DNA from: an uncultured Clostridia bacterium
GTDB lineage: Bacteria; Bacillota; Clostridia; TANB77; CAG-465
Reading direction: 5' to 3'
Assembly (NCBI GenBank): GCA_947632635.1
Contig: CANRQA010000002.1
Span: 5 to 64,004 of the forward strand
DNA length: 64,000 nucleotides
Both the position numbers and the translations under genes were made by a program. The notes under the pieces were generated by a model. That model had not been told where the DNA came from. It saw only the letters and a program-made list of their open reading frames with translations, and did not search any database. Positions 46,740 to 56,275 of this stretch are shown here, piece after piece (positions within the stretch are counted from its first letter, which is position 1; the number at the start of each line of letters is the position of its first letter).

Positions 46740-49094
46740 ATGTTAAAACTAAACAATATATGTAAAAGTTTTAAAACAGCAGATTTTGTACAAAAAGCAC
46801 TAGATGATGTAAGCATTGAATTTAGGAAAAATGAATTTGTAGCAATACTTGGCCCAAGTGGTAGTGGTAAAACAACACTACTTAATATTATAGGTGGTCT
46901 TGACCATTATGACAGTGGTGATTTAGTTATAAACTCAAAATCAACTAAAGATTTTAAAGATAGAGATTGGGATGCATATAGAAACAACTGTATAGGCTTT
47001 GTATTTCAAAATTATAACCTAATATCTCATATTAGTATATTATCTAATGTAGAAATGTCTATGACTTTAAGTGGAGTAGGTGCTAAAGAAAGAAAAAAAC
47101 GTGCAATGGAGGCTTTAGAAAAAGTTGGACTTAAAGAACATATGAATAAAAAGCCAAATCAGCTATCAGGTGGGCAAATGCAAAGAGTTGCAATTGCAAG
47201 AGCACTTGTAAATAACCCTGATATAATAATGGCAGATGAACCAACCGGAGCACTTGATAGCAAAACTAGCGTACAAATAATGGAATTAATAAAAGAAATT
47301 GCAAAAGATAAATTAGTTATAATGGTAACACATAACCCTGAACTTGCAAAAGATTATGCTACAAGAATTGTAGAACTAAAAGATGGACACATAATTAGCG
47401 ATTCAAATCCAGTAAATGAAAAAGAAAGGGAAGAAAAGGAATATACTATTGGTAAAACTGCAATGAGCTTTTTCTCTGCTTTAAATCTATCTTTTAATAA
47501 TATAAAAACTAAAAAGGGAAGAACTTTTTTAACAGCCTTTGCATCAAGCATTGGTATTATTGGTATAGCAATAATATTAAGCCTTTCAAATGGCTTTCAG
47601 TTAAAAATTGATGAATATATAAAAGACACAATGGATCAATTTCCAATAATTATAACTGAATCAACAATGGAAGTTGACTCTGAAATGTTAGAAGAACAAC
47701 ATCAGGAGTTAACTGATATTATGCTTGGAAATGTTGAATATCCTGATACTCAAGAAGTGGCTTTGTATGATTCAAGTCTTGATACTATAACTCATACAAA
47801 TGTAATGTCTGATGAATACATTTCATATTTAGAGGCAGTTGATAAGGATGTATGTAGTAGTATTGGATATATAAATATAATATCTATGAATGCGATAAGA
47901 AAAACAGATGACAAAGTAGTACCTGTATCATTTGCAACAGGTGTAAACAATACAGTAAGTTATAGTACTAGTGGTATGACAAATATGTCTGTTACAACAT
48001 ATCCTAAAATGCTCGATGAAAATACAACATATTTAGAAGAATATTATGATATTTTATCAGGAGCATATCCTAAGTTACCAACAGAAGTAGTATTAGTTGT
48101 TGATAATAAAAATAGAATAGATGAAAAAGTTATGAAAGGTCTTGGCTTTGAAACAGAGGATATAGAAAGCATAAAATTTGAAGATATCATAGGAACAGAA
48201 ATGCAAATTGTATCAAACAATGATTTTTATGAAAAAGGCACATTTGGTAACTTTGTACCTAAAACAAACTATGACAGTTTATATGATTTAGAGAATAATA
48301 TAACAATAAAAATAGTTGGAATTGTACGTTCTAAAAAAGACGTAAAAATATCTTTACTTGCAGGTGGTATAGCATATAGTAATGAATTATCAAATATAGT
48401 TTATGAAAAAGCTAAAGATTCAGATATAGTAAAAGACCAAATGGACTCAAATCTTAATTTATTAACTATGCAGGAATTTAAAACAGATAAAGAAAAAGAC
48501 CAAATGATAGCTTATCTTGGTGGAAGTAAAGTACCAGTATCAGCTATAATTTATCCTACAACTTTTGAAAATAAAGAAAAACTTATAGAATATTTAGATG
48601 AATATAACGACGGAAAAGAAAAAGATGACAAAGTTGTTTATACTGATTTGTCTGAAACTATAACTACTATGACATCTGGTATTATGGACGCAATAACAAT
48701 TGTACTTATTGCATTTTCTGCAATTTCACTTGTAGTATCAACAATTATGATAGCAATTATTACTTATATTTCTGTACTTGAAAGAACAAAGGAAATAGGA
48801 ATATTAAGAGCACTAGGTGCAAGAAATAAAGATATTACTCGTGTATTTAATGCTGAAACATTTATAATAGGGTTATTTTCAGGCTTGATTGGTATTGTAG
48901 TAGCAGGTCTACTTACTATTCCTGCAAATAGTATACTACTAAAACTTACTGAACTTGAAAATGTTGCACAACTTAAAATTGAACATGCATTATTGCTTGT
49001 TACTATAAGTGTAATATTAACTTTAATTGGTGGCTTTATACCAGCAAAAATTGCTGCTAAAAAAGACCCTGTTGAAGCACTTAGAACAGAATAA
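46740..49094 (+). CDS. ABC transporter, fused ATP-binding and FtsX/MacB-type permease
   Basis: Walker A GPSGSGKTT, signature LSGGQMQR, Walker B IIMADEPT. Large extracytoplasmic domain and C-terminal FtsX-like TMs. Confidence 0.9.
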   Translation: MLKLNNICKSFKTADFVQKALDDVSIEFRKNEFVAILGPSGSGKTTLLNIIGGLDHYDSGDLVINSKSTKDFKDRDWDAYRNNCIGFVFQNYNLISHISILSNVEMSMTLSGVGAKERKKRAMEALEKVGLKEHMNKKPNQLSGGQMQRVAIARALVNNPDIIMADEPTGALDSKTSVQIMELIKEIAKDKLVIMVTHNPELAKDYATRIVELKDGHIISDSNPVNEKEREEKEYTIGKTAMSFFSALNLSFNNIKTKKGRTFLTAFASSIGIIGIAIILSLSNGFQLKIDEYIKDTMDQFPIIITESTMEVDSEMLEEQHQELTDIMLGNVEYPDTQEVALYDSSLDTITHTNVMSDEYISYLEAVDKDVCSSIGYINIISMNAIRKTDDKVVPVSFATGVNNTVSYSTSGMTNMSVTTYPKMLDENTTYLEEYYDILSGAYPKLPTEVVLVVDNKNRIDEKVMKGLGFETEDIESIKFEDIIGTEMQIVSNNDFYEKGTFGNFVPKTNYDSLYDLENNITIKIVGIVRSKKDVKISLLAGGIAYSNELSNIVYEKAKDSDIVKDQMDSNLNLLTMQEFKTDKEKDQMIAYLGGSKVPVSAIIYPTTFENKEKLIEYLDEYNDGKEKDDKVVYTDLSETITTMTSGIMDAITIVLIAFSAISLVVSTIMIAIITYISVLERTKEIGILRALGARNKDITRVFNAETFIIGLFSGLIGIVVAGLLTIPANSILLKLTELENVAQLKIEHALLLVTISVILTLIGGFIPAKIAAKKDPVEALRTE

Positions 49095-49101
49095 AAAATA
49101 C

Positions 49102-49135
49102 GGTTTCATTACATATTGGTAATGAAGCCTTTTTG
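49102..49135 (+). terminator. Rho-independent terminator
   Basis: GGTTTCATTAC-N6-GTAATGAAGCC plus TTTTT. Confidence 0.8.
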
Positions 49136-49387
49136 TTTAAGAGAAAATTAGGCTAACTACATAAAAAGTATATAGTTACTTATTTATATATTTTTAAAAA
49201 TTAGTTAGTCTGATGAACGTTTTGACGACGTCGGCTAGATGTTCAAACGCACTAATAATGCGAAAATTTGAAAGATTAAAGATTATATGCTAATTCGTTA
49301 TGTATGTTATTTAATAGTTCTAAATGTAGAAAAATGTCGAAAACTTATATAAAAAATATTACCATTTTTCTAGTAAACAAAACAGAA

Positions 49388-50206
49388 ATGGATTTTGAAA
49401 GTATTAAACATATTGATGAAAATGGTGTTGAATTTTGGTATGCTAGAGAACTAATGATTATGTTAGATTATAGCAAGTGGGGAAATTTTAAAAATGTAAT
49501 AATTAAAGCAAAAGATGCGTGTAAAGGTAGTAATATTGCACAAGATGAACACTTTGCCGACGTCAGGAGGGTGTTAAAAGTTGGCAATAATGCTGAAATG
49601 GAAGTAGATGATATAAAACTTACTAGATATGCTTGTTATTTAATTGCACAAAATGGAGATAGTAGAAAAAGAACTATTGCACTTGCTCAAACATATTTTG
49701 CAGTACAAACTAGAAAGCAAGAATTAACAAAAAGAGAATATGAAAGCCTAAATGAAGATGAAAAGCGATTATATACTAGAAAAAAAGTAAAAGATAAAAA
49801 CAAATATTTATTTGATACAGCAAAATTAGCAGGTGTAAGGAATTACGGAAAATTTAATAATTATGGCTATAGAGGACTATATAATGGAGAAACAGCAAAA
49901 GATATTGCAAATAGAAAAGGTATATCAGCAAATGAAGATATATTAGATTATATGAGTAGCACAGAACTTGCAGCAAATTTATTTAGAATTACACAAACAG
50001 ATGAAGTTTTAAAAAATAAGAATATAAATAATGAAAATGATGCTTGTAAAACTCATCATAATGTAGGACAAGCTGTTAGACAAACTATAAAAAGAATAGG
50101 TGGAACTATGCCAGAAGATTTACCAACACCAAGCAAAAGCGCAAAAGAAATTGAAAAAGAGAAGGAAATGCAGTTAAAAGATAATACTATAAATAAACTA
50201 AAATAA
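49388..50206 (+). CDS. dinD: DNA damage-inducible protein D (DinD-like)
   Basis: FESIKH.DENGVEFWYARELM..L.YSKW.NF..VI.KAK.AC, YACYLIAQNGD.RK. Start chosen at MDFES; the ORF track starts at 49304. Confidence 0.7.
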   Translation: MDFESIKHIDENGVEFWYARELMIMLDYSKWGNFKNVIIKAKDACKGSNIAQDEHFADVRRVLKVGNNAEMEVDDIKLTRYACYLIAQNGDSRKRTIALAQTYFAVQTRKQELTKREYESLNEDEKRLYTRKKVKDKNKYLFDTAKLAGVRNYGKFNNYGYRGLYNGETAKDIANRKGISANEDILDYMSSTELAANLFRITQTDEVLKNKNINNENDACKTHHNVGQAVRQTIKRIGGTMPEDLPTPSKSAKEIEKEKEMQLKDNTINKLK

Positions 50207-50297
50207 ATGAATAAAATATTTGTTATATAAAGTAAAACTTACAGTAAAAATTAAAAATAATGGAGAAATTGAAATGATTTAAGAGGCGATGTTGATA

Positions 50298-50783
50298 ATG
50301 AAAAAATTTTTTAAAAGAACTTTTTTTATTATTTTACTTTTTATAATTATATATATAATATACTTACATACACTTTATGATTATAATTTTTATTCTTCAC
50401 TAATTGAAACACCTATACCAATGTTTGCAAAGATGGAAGAAAAAGATACACATGGTGGTTTTCATGGAGATGGAGAAACACTTGTAAAAATATATTTTTC
50501 TAACAAACAGGCAGAAAGGTTTGTAAGCAAAATAGAAAACAATACACATTGGAACAAATCACCAATTGATGAAACATTAATGCCTTGTATAACCAATAAT
50601 AGTATAGAAGATATGTCTATACCATTTGTAGAAAAAGGATATTGGTTCTTTTTAGATAGATATAGTAAAGCAACAAATAAATATAATTATAATGATATGT
50701 TAAATAGAGCATCTTCAAATTATTCCATTGCTATATTTGATAGAGAATTTAATATACTTTATATTTATTCTTTAGATACATAA
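50298..50783 (+). CDS. Membrane-anchored hypothetical protein
   Basis: MKKFFKRTFFIILLFIIIYIIYL is an N-terminal TM; 161 aa. Confidence 0.5.
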   Translation: MKKFFKRTFFIILLFIIIYIIYLHTLYDYNFYSSLIETPIPMFAKMEEKDTHGGFHGDGETLVKIYFSNKQAERFVSKIENNTHWNKSPIDETLMPCITNNSIEDMSIPFVEKGYWFFLDRYSKATNKYNYNDMLNRASSNYSIAIFDREFNILYIYSLDT

Positions 50784-50952
50784 TTTATAAATAATAAAGA
50801 AGTTCTAAATTTTAACATCTAATAGCAACAATAAAACGTTACAAAATAAAAATTTTATTAAGACATTACAGCAATTAAGATAATCTATGAAAAGCTAATG
50901 AAGAAAAACTAACCGATTTACTTCCTAATTATTGTTAAAAAGCAAAAAATAC

Positions 50953-50981
50953 TTGACATAATTTAAAATGTGCTGTATAAT
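50953..50981 (+). promoter_or_regulatory. sigma-A promoter
   Basis: TTGACA-17-TATAAT, perfect consensus. Confidence 0.65.
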
Positions 50982-51030
50982 AGTTACATAATATATATAA
51001 AAATATATTATTAATATAAGATAATATAAT

Positions 51031-51393
51031 ATGAAAGGATGTTTTCTAATTATGAATGCTAAAGCAAAATTTTTAGACTTAGAATGGGTACCAGTCGAGG
51101 GATGTCACTTAATTCAAGGTGTAAAGGGAGGAAGGACACCACGGAATGCATTTGGTGGTAGCAATGGTACATTTATAGTACCTGATAATAATGCAGAACT
51201 TAATCTTGTAGTACGCGCAACTGACCAAAAAGTAATTACAAAAAATATTTATGGTATGGTAAAAAGTTTAGGAGTTGATAGAATAACTAAAACTTTTCGT
51301 GAAAAACTTGAAATGTCACTTCGCCATGAAAACTTTGAAGTCGAAAATGGCGAAATTATAAACCTTGATAACATACTTTTGAAAGTAATTTAA
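51031..51393 (+). CDS. Hypothetical soluble protein (start 51031 or 51052)
   Basis: 113-120 aa ORF, no motif recognised. Tightly followed by the next ORF. Confidence 0.5.
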   Translation: MKGCFLIMNAKAKFLDLEWVPVEGCHLIQGVKGGRTPRNAFGGSNGTFIVPDNNAELNLVVRATDQKVITKNIYGMVKSLGVDRITKTFREKLEMSLRHENFEVENGEIINLDNILLKVI

Positions 51394-51412
51394 AATATCA
51401 AAGGAGGTTATA

Positions 51413-51952
51413 ATGTTGGTACGGAGAATTGTAGGCGTTGTTTTATGTGTTATTAGTTTAATTTTTATTTTTATTGCATTTGAAATATCTTCTTCTTTTG
51501 TAGGATCAATTTGGTGGAATGCGTGTCATGAAGATATAACAGAAGAATACAATAGATATTTAGAAGTTAAAGATATAACAGATATAAACAAGTTATATGA
51601 GTATCTTGAAAAAAATAAAATTGACTATAAAATATCAGATAGAATTTTAAGTTTTGATGGATACTTATCAAATTATGAGGTAACTAGTACAGATAATAGT
51701 CAAGTTAAGGTAACTAATGAATTGTATGGTAAAATTGAACAAAGGCTAAAAACAAATAATGAAAATGACTATTCGGTTAGTTATAAAAAAGGCAAAAAGA
51801 TTATAACATATGAAAAAACTGAAGATATAGACCAACTAATAAAAATTGACAATAAGTATTATTATGGTGATACTGTAGAAAAAGTAAATAATATAATCTT
51901 CTTATGTTTTTTGATATTTTTTATTATGGGAATTATGTTAATTGGAGCATAA
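51413..51952 (+). CDS. Bitopic membrane protein, unknown function
   Basis: SD AAAGGAGG; N- and C-terminal TM segments. Confidence 0.55.
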   Translation: MLVRRIVGVVLCVISLIFIFIAFEISSSFVGSIWWNACHEDITEEYNRYLEVKDITDINKLYEYLEKNKIDYKISDRILSFDGYLSNYEVTSTDNSQVKVTNELYGKIEQRLKTNNENDYSVSYKKGKKIITYEKTEDIDQLIKIDNKYYYGDTVEKVNNIIFLCFLIFFIMGIMLIGA

Positions 51953-52203
51953 GTTAAAGAAATATATTCTAAATTTTAAAGGTAATCCTTTAAATTTAGG
52001 GTATATTTTTTTATACTTATGTTGAACTCCACATAATTGTACAATAGGAAAGTTACGAAAAAATATGTAAACTAATATAAAACTGGGATTTTTGTGTTAA
52101 ATTTTATAGACATTTAAAATTACCTATGTAGTTCGGGCATTTAATTTTTAATTCAACCTAAACCATATATATTCAAATAGCATAACATAAATTTACATAA
52201 AAC

Positions 52204-52232
52204 TTGACGCTACAGAGGAAATATGATATAAT
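52204..52232 (+). promoter_or_regulatory. Small-TM cassette 1 promoter
   Basis: TTGACG-17-TGaTATAAT. The ORF ATG begins 5 nt after the -10. Confidence 0.65.
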
Positions 52233-52236
52233 ATAA

Positions 52237-52461
52237 ATGTATGAAAAGTATTTTGATAAAAAAATTTTTATCAGGAAGGCGGTTGTTATTGTGACTAATT
52301 TTTTACTTATGTGGCTTCTTGCAGTTTCGGTGGCGACACTTACCTATAGTGGCTATCAGTGGAATGTAAGTAATAAAAATGAGAGAGAAAAATTCGTTCC
52401 GCTTATTTGTTTTGGCATAGCAATGAGTGTGCTGACAATATTTTTGTTTTTCTCGATTTAA
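52237..52461 (+). CDS. Small two-TM protein, cassette 1 (alt. GTG start 52291)
   Basis: 74 aa. Conserved MYEKYFDKKIFIRK, then variable hydrophobic segments. In-frame GTG behind AGGAAGG. Confidence 0.55.
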   Translation: MYEKYFDKKIFIRKAVVIVTNFLLMWLLAVSVATLTYSGYQWNVSNKNEREKFVPLICFGIAMSVLTIFLFFSI

Positions 52462-52464
52462 AAA

Positions 52465-52505
52465 AATAGCCTGTAGCTTAACTAAAGTTGCAGGCTATTT
52501 TTTCT
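52465..52505. terminator. Cassette 1 bidirectional terminator
   Basis: AAAAAA-AATAGCCTG..CAGGCTATT-TTTTT. Confidence 0.8.
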
Positions 52506-52627
52506 ATATATACTTAAATTTATTTATAACATAAAAAAATGACCTTTTTGGGGCATTTTCAAAAGTTATTACTTAAGACATTATTATAGGTTAATTATAA
52601 ATAGTACAATATAAATTTACATAAAAC

Positions 52628-52656
52628 TTGACATTACAGAGGAAATATGATATAAT
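52628..52656 (+). promoter_or_regulatory. Small-TM cassette 2 promoter
   Basis: TTGACA-17-TGaTATAAT. Confidence 0.7.
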
Positions 52657-52660
52657 ATAA

Positions 52661-52921
52661 ATGTATGAAAAGTATTTTGATAAAAAAATTTTTATCAGGA
52701 AGGAGATTATTATTGTGACCATTCTTTTACTTGCGTTGAATCTTTTGTGGTTGGTTGTACTAGGGTTGATTTTTCTTGGTTTGTTGGCATCAGTTATTTT
52801 CTGCATCTATGTGTTGATAACAAGTGGCCCAGATAAACGTGGAGATATTATTGCGGTTATTTATGTGGGCATAATATTAATTTTGATAACACTTTGTTTA
52901 ATGATAGGAACTTTAATTTAA
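52661..52921 (+). CDS. Small two-TM protein, cassette 2 (alt. GTG start 52715)
   Basis: 86 aa. Same leader; loop SGPDKRG; GTG 8 nt behind AGGAAGGAG. Confidence 0.55.
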   Translation: MYEKYFDKKIFIRKEIIIVTILLLALNLLWLVVLGLIFLGLLASVIFCIYVLITSGPDKRGDIIAVIYVGIILILITLCLMIGTLI

Positions 52922-52924
52922 AAA

Positions 52925-52965
52925 AATAGCCTGTAGCTTAACTAAAGTTGCAGGCTATTTTTTCT
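52925..52965. terminator. Cassette 2 bidirectional terminator
   Basis: Same hairpin as cassette 1. Confidence 0.8.
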
Positions 52966-53087
52966 ATATATACTTAAACTTATTTGTAACATAAAAAAAT
53001 GACCTTTTCGGGACATTTTCAAAAGTTATTACTTAAGACATTATCATAAATTAATCATAAATAGTACAATATAAATTTACATAAAAT

Positions 53088-53116
53088 TTGACATTACAGA
53101 GGAAATATGATATAAT
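53088..53116 (+). promoter_or_regulatory. Small-TM cassette 3 promoter
   Basis: TTGACA-17-TGaTATAAT. The ORF-track TTG start at 53088 is actually the -35 hexamer. Confidence 0.7.
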
Positions 53117-53120
53117 ACAA

Positions 53121-53348
53121 ATGTATAAAAAGTATTTTGATAAAAAAATTTTTATCAGGAAGGCGGTTGTTACTGTGATTAATTTTTTACTTGCTTTGCT
53201 TCTTCTGGATTTGTTGGGAATACTTGCTTGCAGCATTTATATGTTGATAAGAAGTACCAAAGATGAATGTAAAGATATTATTATATCTATTGGTTTGAAC
53301 ATAATATTAACTATGATAATAGTATTTTATTTCATTAAGAGGTCTTAA
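53121..53348 (+). CDS. Small two-TM protein, cassette 3 (alt. GTG start 53175)
   Basis: 75 aa from ATG 53121. A fossil of the family 3' end (ATAAGGATGTTAATTTAA) lies just after its stop. Confidence 0.55.
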   Translation: MYKKYFDKKIFIRKAVVTVINFLLALLLLDLLGILACSIYMLIRSTKDECKDIIISIGLNIILTMIIVFYFIKRS

Positions 53349-53371
53349 TAATAAGGATGTTAATTTAAAAA

Positions 53372-53411
53372 AATAGCTTGTAGCTTAACTAAAGTTGCAG
53401 GCTATTTTTTC
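53372..53411. terminator. Cassette 3 bidirectional terminator
   Basis: AATAGCTTG..CAGGCTATT with flanking A- and T-runs. Confidence 0.8.
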
Positions 53412-53534
53412 TATATATACTTAAACTTATTTGTAACATAAAAAAATGACCTTTTTGGGGCATTTTCAAAAGTTATTACTTAAGACATTATTATAGGTTA
53501 ATCATAAATAGTACAATATAAATTTACATAAAAC

Positions 53535-53563
53535 TTGACATTACAGAGGAAATATGATATAAT
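53535..53563 (+). promoter_or_regulatory. Small-TM cassette 4 promoter
   Basis: TTGACA-17-TGaTATAAT. Confidence 0.7.
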
Positions 53564-53567
53564 ATAA

Positions 53568-53798
53568 ATGTATGAAAAGTATTTTGATAAAAAAATTTTT
53601 ATCAGGAAGGAGATTATTATTGTGATTAATTTTTTACTTGCGCTGATTTTTCCGGTTTTTTTGATGACATTTATTTACTGCCTTCATATGGTGATAACAA
53701 GTGGCCCAGATGAACGAGGAGTTCTTATTCCGCTTATTTGTTTGGGCATAATATTAACTGTTATAGCATTTTGTTTAATGATAAGGATTTTAATTTAA
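53568..53798 (+). CDS. Small two-TM protein, cassette 4 (alt. GTG start 53622)
   Basis: 76 aa. The 3' half is identical to cassette 5 (DERGVLIPLICLGIILTVIAFCLMIRILI). Confidence 0.55.
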   Translation: MYEKYFDKKIFIRKEIIIVINFLLALIFPVFLMTFIYCLHMVITSGPDERGVLIPLICLGIILTVIAFCLMIRILI

Positions 53799-53802
53799 AA
53801 AA

Positions 53803-53842
53803 AATAGTCTGTAGCTTAACTAAAGTTACAGGCTATTTTTTC
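53803..53842. terminator. Cassette 4 bidirectional terminator
   Basis: AATAGTCTG..CAGGCTATT with flanking A- and T-runs. Confidence 0.8.
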
Positions 53843-53965
53843 TATATATACTTAAACTTATTTGTAACATAAAAAAATGACCTTTTCGGGACATTTTCAA
53901 AAGTTATTACTTAAGACATTATTATAGGTTAATCATAAATAGTACAACATAAATTTACATAAAAC

Positions 53966-53994
53966 TTGACATTACAGAGGAAATATGATATAAT
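53966..53994 (+). promoter_or_regulatory. Small-TM cassette 5 promoter
   Basis: TTGACA-17-TGaTATAAT. Confidence 0.7.
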
Positions 53995-53998
53995 ATAA

Positions 53999-54229
53999 AT
54001 GTATAAAAAATATTTTGATAAAAAAATTTTTATCAGGAAGGCGGTTGTTATTGTGATCATTTGTTTATTTGCGTTGATTTGTGTGGGTTTGTTGTCACCA
54101 GTTATTTACAGTATTTATATGTTAACAGCAAGAGACACAGATGAACGAGGAGTTCTTATTCCGCTTATTTGTTTGGGCATAATATTAACTGTTATAGCAT
54201 TTTGTTTAATGATAAGGATTTTAATTTAA
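53999..54229 (+). CDS. Small two-TM protein, cassette 5 (alt. GTG start 54053)
   Basis: 76 aa; divergent TM1, with TM2 identical to cassette 4. Confidence 0.55.
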   Translation: MYKKYFDKKIFIRKAVVIVIICLFALICVGLLSPVIYSIYMLTARDTDERGVLIPLICLGIILTVIAFCLMIRILI

Positions 54230-54233
54230 AAAA

Positions 54234-54273
54234 AATAGTCTGTAGCTTAACTAAAGTTACAGGCTATTTTTTC
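54234..54273. terminator. Cassette 5 bidirectional terminator
   Basis: Same hairpin as cassette 4. Confidence 0.8.
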
Positions 54274-54403
54274 TATATATACTTAAACTTATTTGTAACA
54301 TAAAAAAATGACCTTTTGATTATTTTTAGATTTTCTATCTTTTAATTGTATTTTTGAGCATAATATGATATAATTTATCCAAGTTAGAAAGTTTGGTGTA
54401 CAT

Positions 54404-55309
54404 ATGATATTTTCAAAAATAAAAGAAAATTTAAAAAAGACTAAAGAGGCTTTTGACGTAAAAATAAGCAACATATTTACAAATAATAAAGATATAGAAA
54501 CTATACTTGATGAAATAGAAGAAACATTAATATTATCAGATGTGGGCTATGATACAAGTACAAAAATTTGTGATAATTTAAGACAAGCACTAAAAAAACA
54601 AGTAGATAAATCAGAAAGTGCAATAAAAGAGCTATTAAGAAAAGAAATGATAGACATACTTTTAAAAGGTAAAACTAATACAAATAAAAAAGCTGATGAT
54701 AAAAAAGAAATAATACTTGTAGTAGGAGTAAATGGCGTTGGAAAAACTACATCAATTGGTAAAATAGCAAATTTATATAGAAATGATGGAAAAAAAGTAT
54801 TACTTGCAGCAGCAGATACATTTAGAGCAGGTGCAGTAGAACAACTGGAAATATGGGCTCAAAGAACAGGAGCTGATATTGTAAAAGGAAAAGAAAATGA
54901 AGATCCAGCATCAGTTGCTTATGAAGCTACAAAGAAATTTAAAGAGAGTAATTATGATATATTAATTTGTGATACTGCAGGAAGACTTCATAACAAGAAA
55001 AATTTAATGGATGAATTATACAAGATAAAAAGAATTATAAACAAAAACTTACCAGAAATAGAAGTAGAAGTATTAATGGTACTTGATAGCACTACTGGAC
55101 AAAACGGTGTAATACAAGCAAAAAGTTTTTTTGAAAGAACAGATGTAAATGGAATAATACTAACAAAACTTGACTCTACTGCAAAAGGTGGAATTGTATT
55201 TAGTATAGTAGAAGAACTATCTATCCCTATAAAATACATCGGTATAGGTGAGCAAATAGATGATATAGAAGAATTTGATGCTACATCTTTTGTAGATGCA
55301 ATAGTATAA
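54404..55309 (+). CDS. ftsY: Signal recognition particle receptor FtsY
   Basis: NG domain: GVNGVGKTTS, DTAGR, TKLD; 301 aa. Confidence 0.95.
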   Translation: MIFSKIKENLKKTKEAFDVKISNIFTNNKDIETILDEIEETLILSDVGYDTSTKICDNLRQALKKQVDKSESAIKELLRKEMIDILLKGKTNTNKKADDKKEIILVVGVNGVGKTTSIGKIANLYRNDGKKVLLAAADTFRAGAVEQLEIWAQRTGADIVKGKENEDPASVAYEATKKFKESNYDILICDTAGRLHNKKNLMDELYKIKRIINKNLPEIEVEVLMVLDSTTGQNGVIQAKSFFERTDVNGIILTKLDSTAKGGIVFSIVEELSIPIKYIGIGEQIDDIEEFDATSFVDAIV

Positions 55310-55361
55310 ATTATAAATCACAAAAACAAAGAATATATATAAAATATATAGAGGTGAATTT

Positions 55362-56270
55362 ATGAATCAGTATAGCTATTTAGAGAATATACTTGATAAA
55401 TCTAGGATAAAATACGATGAGCCAATGAAAAAACATACTACAATACGAATTGGTGGACCTGCAAAATGTTTAGTTTTACCAACAAGTATTGAAGAAATAA
55501 AAAATATAATAAAATATGCAAATGAAAATAATATAAAATATTACATAATAGGTAATGGTAGCGATATAGTAGTAAGAGATGAGGGAATAGATGGACTTGT
55601 TATAAAAATAAATAGCAAATTTGATAACGTAGATATAGAGGGTGAAACTATTAAGGTACTGGCAGGTACATCAATGCCAAAACTTTCACAAATTGCTAAA
55701 AAAAGTTCACTTACAGGATTAGAATTTGCGTGTGGAATCCCTGGTACTGTAGGTGGCGGAGTAAGAATGAATGCTGGTGCATATGGCTCTGAAATGTCAA
55801 ATGTAATAGAAGATATAACTTATTTAGATGAAAATTGTAATATTGTAACTATAACAAATAAAGAGGCAAAATTTGCATATAGGCACAGCATATTTACAGA
55901 TAACCCACGTTATGTGGTATTATCTGCTACATTAAAATTAAAAAAAGGAAATATAGAAGAAATTGACAAAGTAATGAAAGAAAATACTGCAGCAAGAAAA
56001 TTAAAACAACCACTTGAATATCCAAATGCAGGAAGTACCTTTAAAAGACCAGAGGGCTATTTTGTAGGAAAACTTGTAAGTGATGCTGGACTTCGCGGAT
56101 ATGAAATTGGAGGCGCACAAGTATCCATAAAGCACACAGGCTTTATAGTAAATAAGGGAAATGCTACATCAAAAGATGTAGAGGCACTTATAAAATACAT
56201 ACAAGAAGTGGTATATGAAAAATTTAAAGTAAAATTAGAAACAGAAATTGAATTTATTGGAGGTAAATAA
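55362..56270 (+). CDS. murB: UDP-N-acetylenolpyruvoylglucosamine reductase MurB
   Basis: FAD-binding PCMH-type N-domain (TIRIGGPA, GNGS). C-terminal AGSTFKRP and GGAQVS.KH. Confidence 0.95.
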   Translation: MNQYSYLENILDKSRIKYDEPMKKHTTIRIGGPAKCLVLPTSIEEIKNIIKYANENNIKYYIIGNGSDIVVRDEGIDGLVIKINSKFDNVDIEGETIKVLAGTSMPKLSQIAKKSSLTGLEFACGIPGTVGGGVRMNAGAYGSEMSNVIEDITYLDENCNIVTITNKEAKFAYRHSIFTDNPRYVVLSATLKLKKGNIEEIDKVMKENTAARKLKQPLEYPNAGSTFKRPEGYFVGKLVSDAGLRGYEIGGAQVSIKHTGFIVNKGNATSKDVEALIKYIQEVVYEKFKVKLETEIEFIGGK

Positions 56271-56275
56271 AAATA

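Noticed and set aside
49136-49387. LexA (Cheo) box upstream of dinD
   Set aside because: No CGAAC-N4-GTTCG-like palindrome is present. GAAC and GTTC occur but lie 23 nt apart. The only palindrome is CGACGTCG.
53088-53120. Longer ORF-track start (TTG 53088) for cassette 3, and similar upstream starts at 35582, 44911, 13052, 13603, 6903 and 62955
   Set aside because: The upstream start codons lack an SD or coincide with promoter hexamers. Internal starts sit 5-9 nt behind clear SD sequences and match the paralogue or orthologue N-termini.
52591-53236. Minus-strand ORFs 52591-52806 and 53051-53236 in the small-TM cassette array
   Set aside because: They run antisense across the conserved promoter, leader and spacer. 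They have no SD, and their similarity to each other is fully explained by conservation of the plus-strand cassette.
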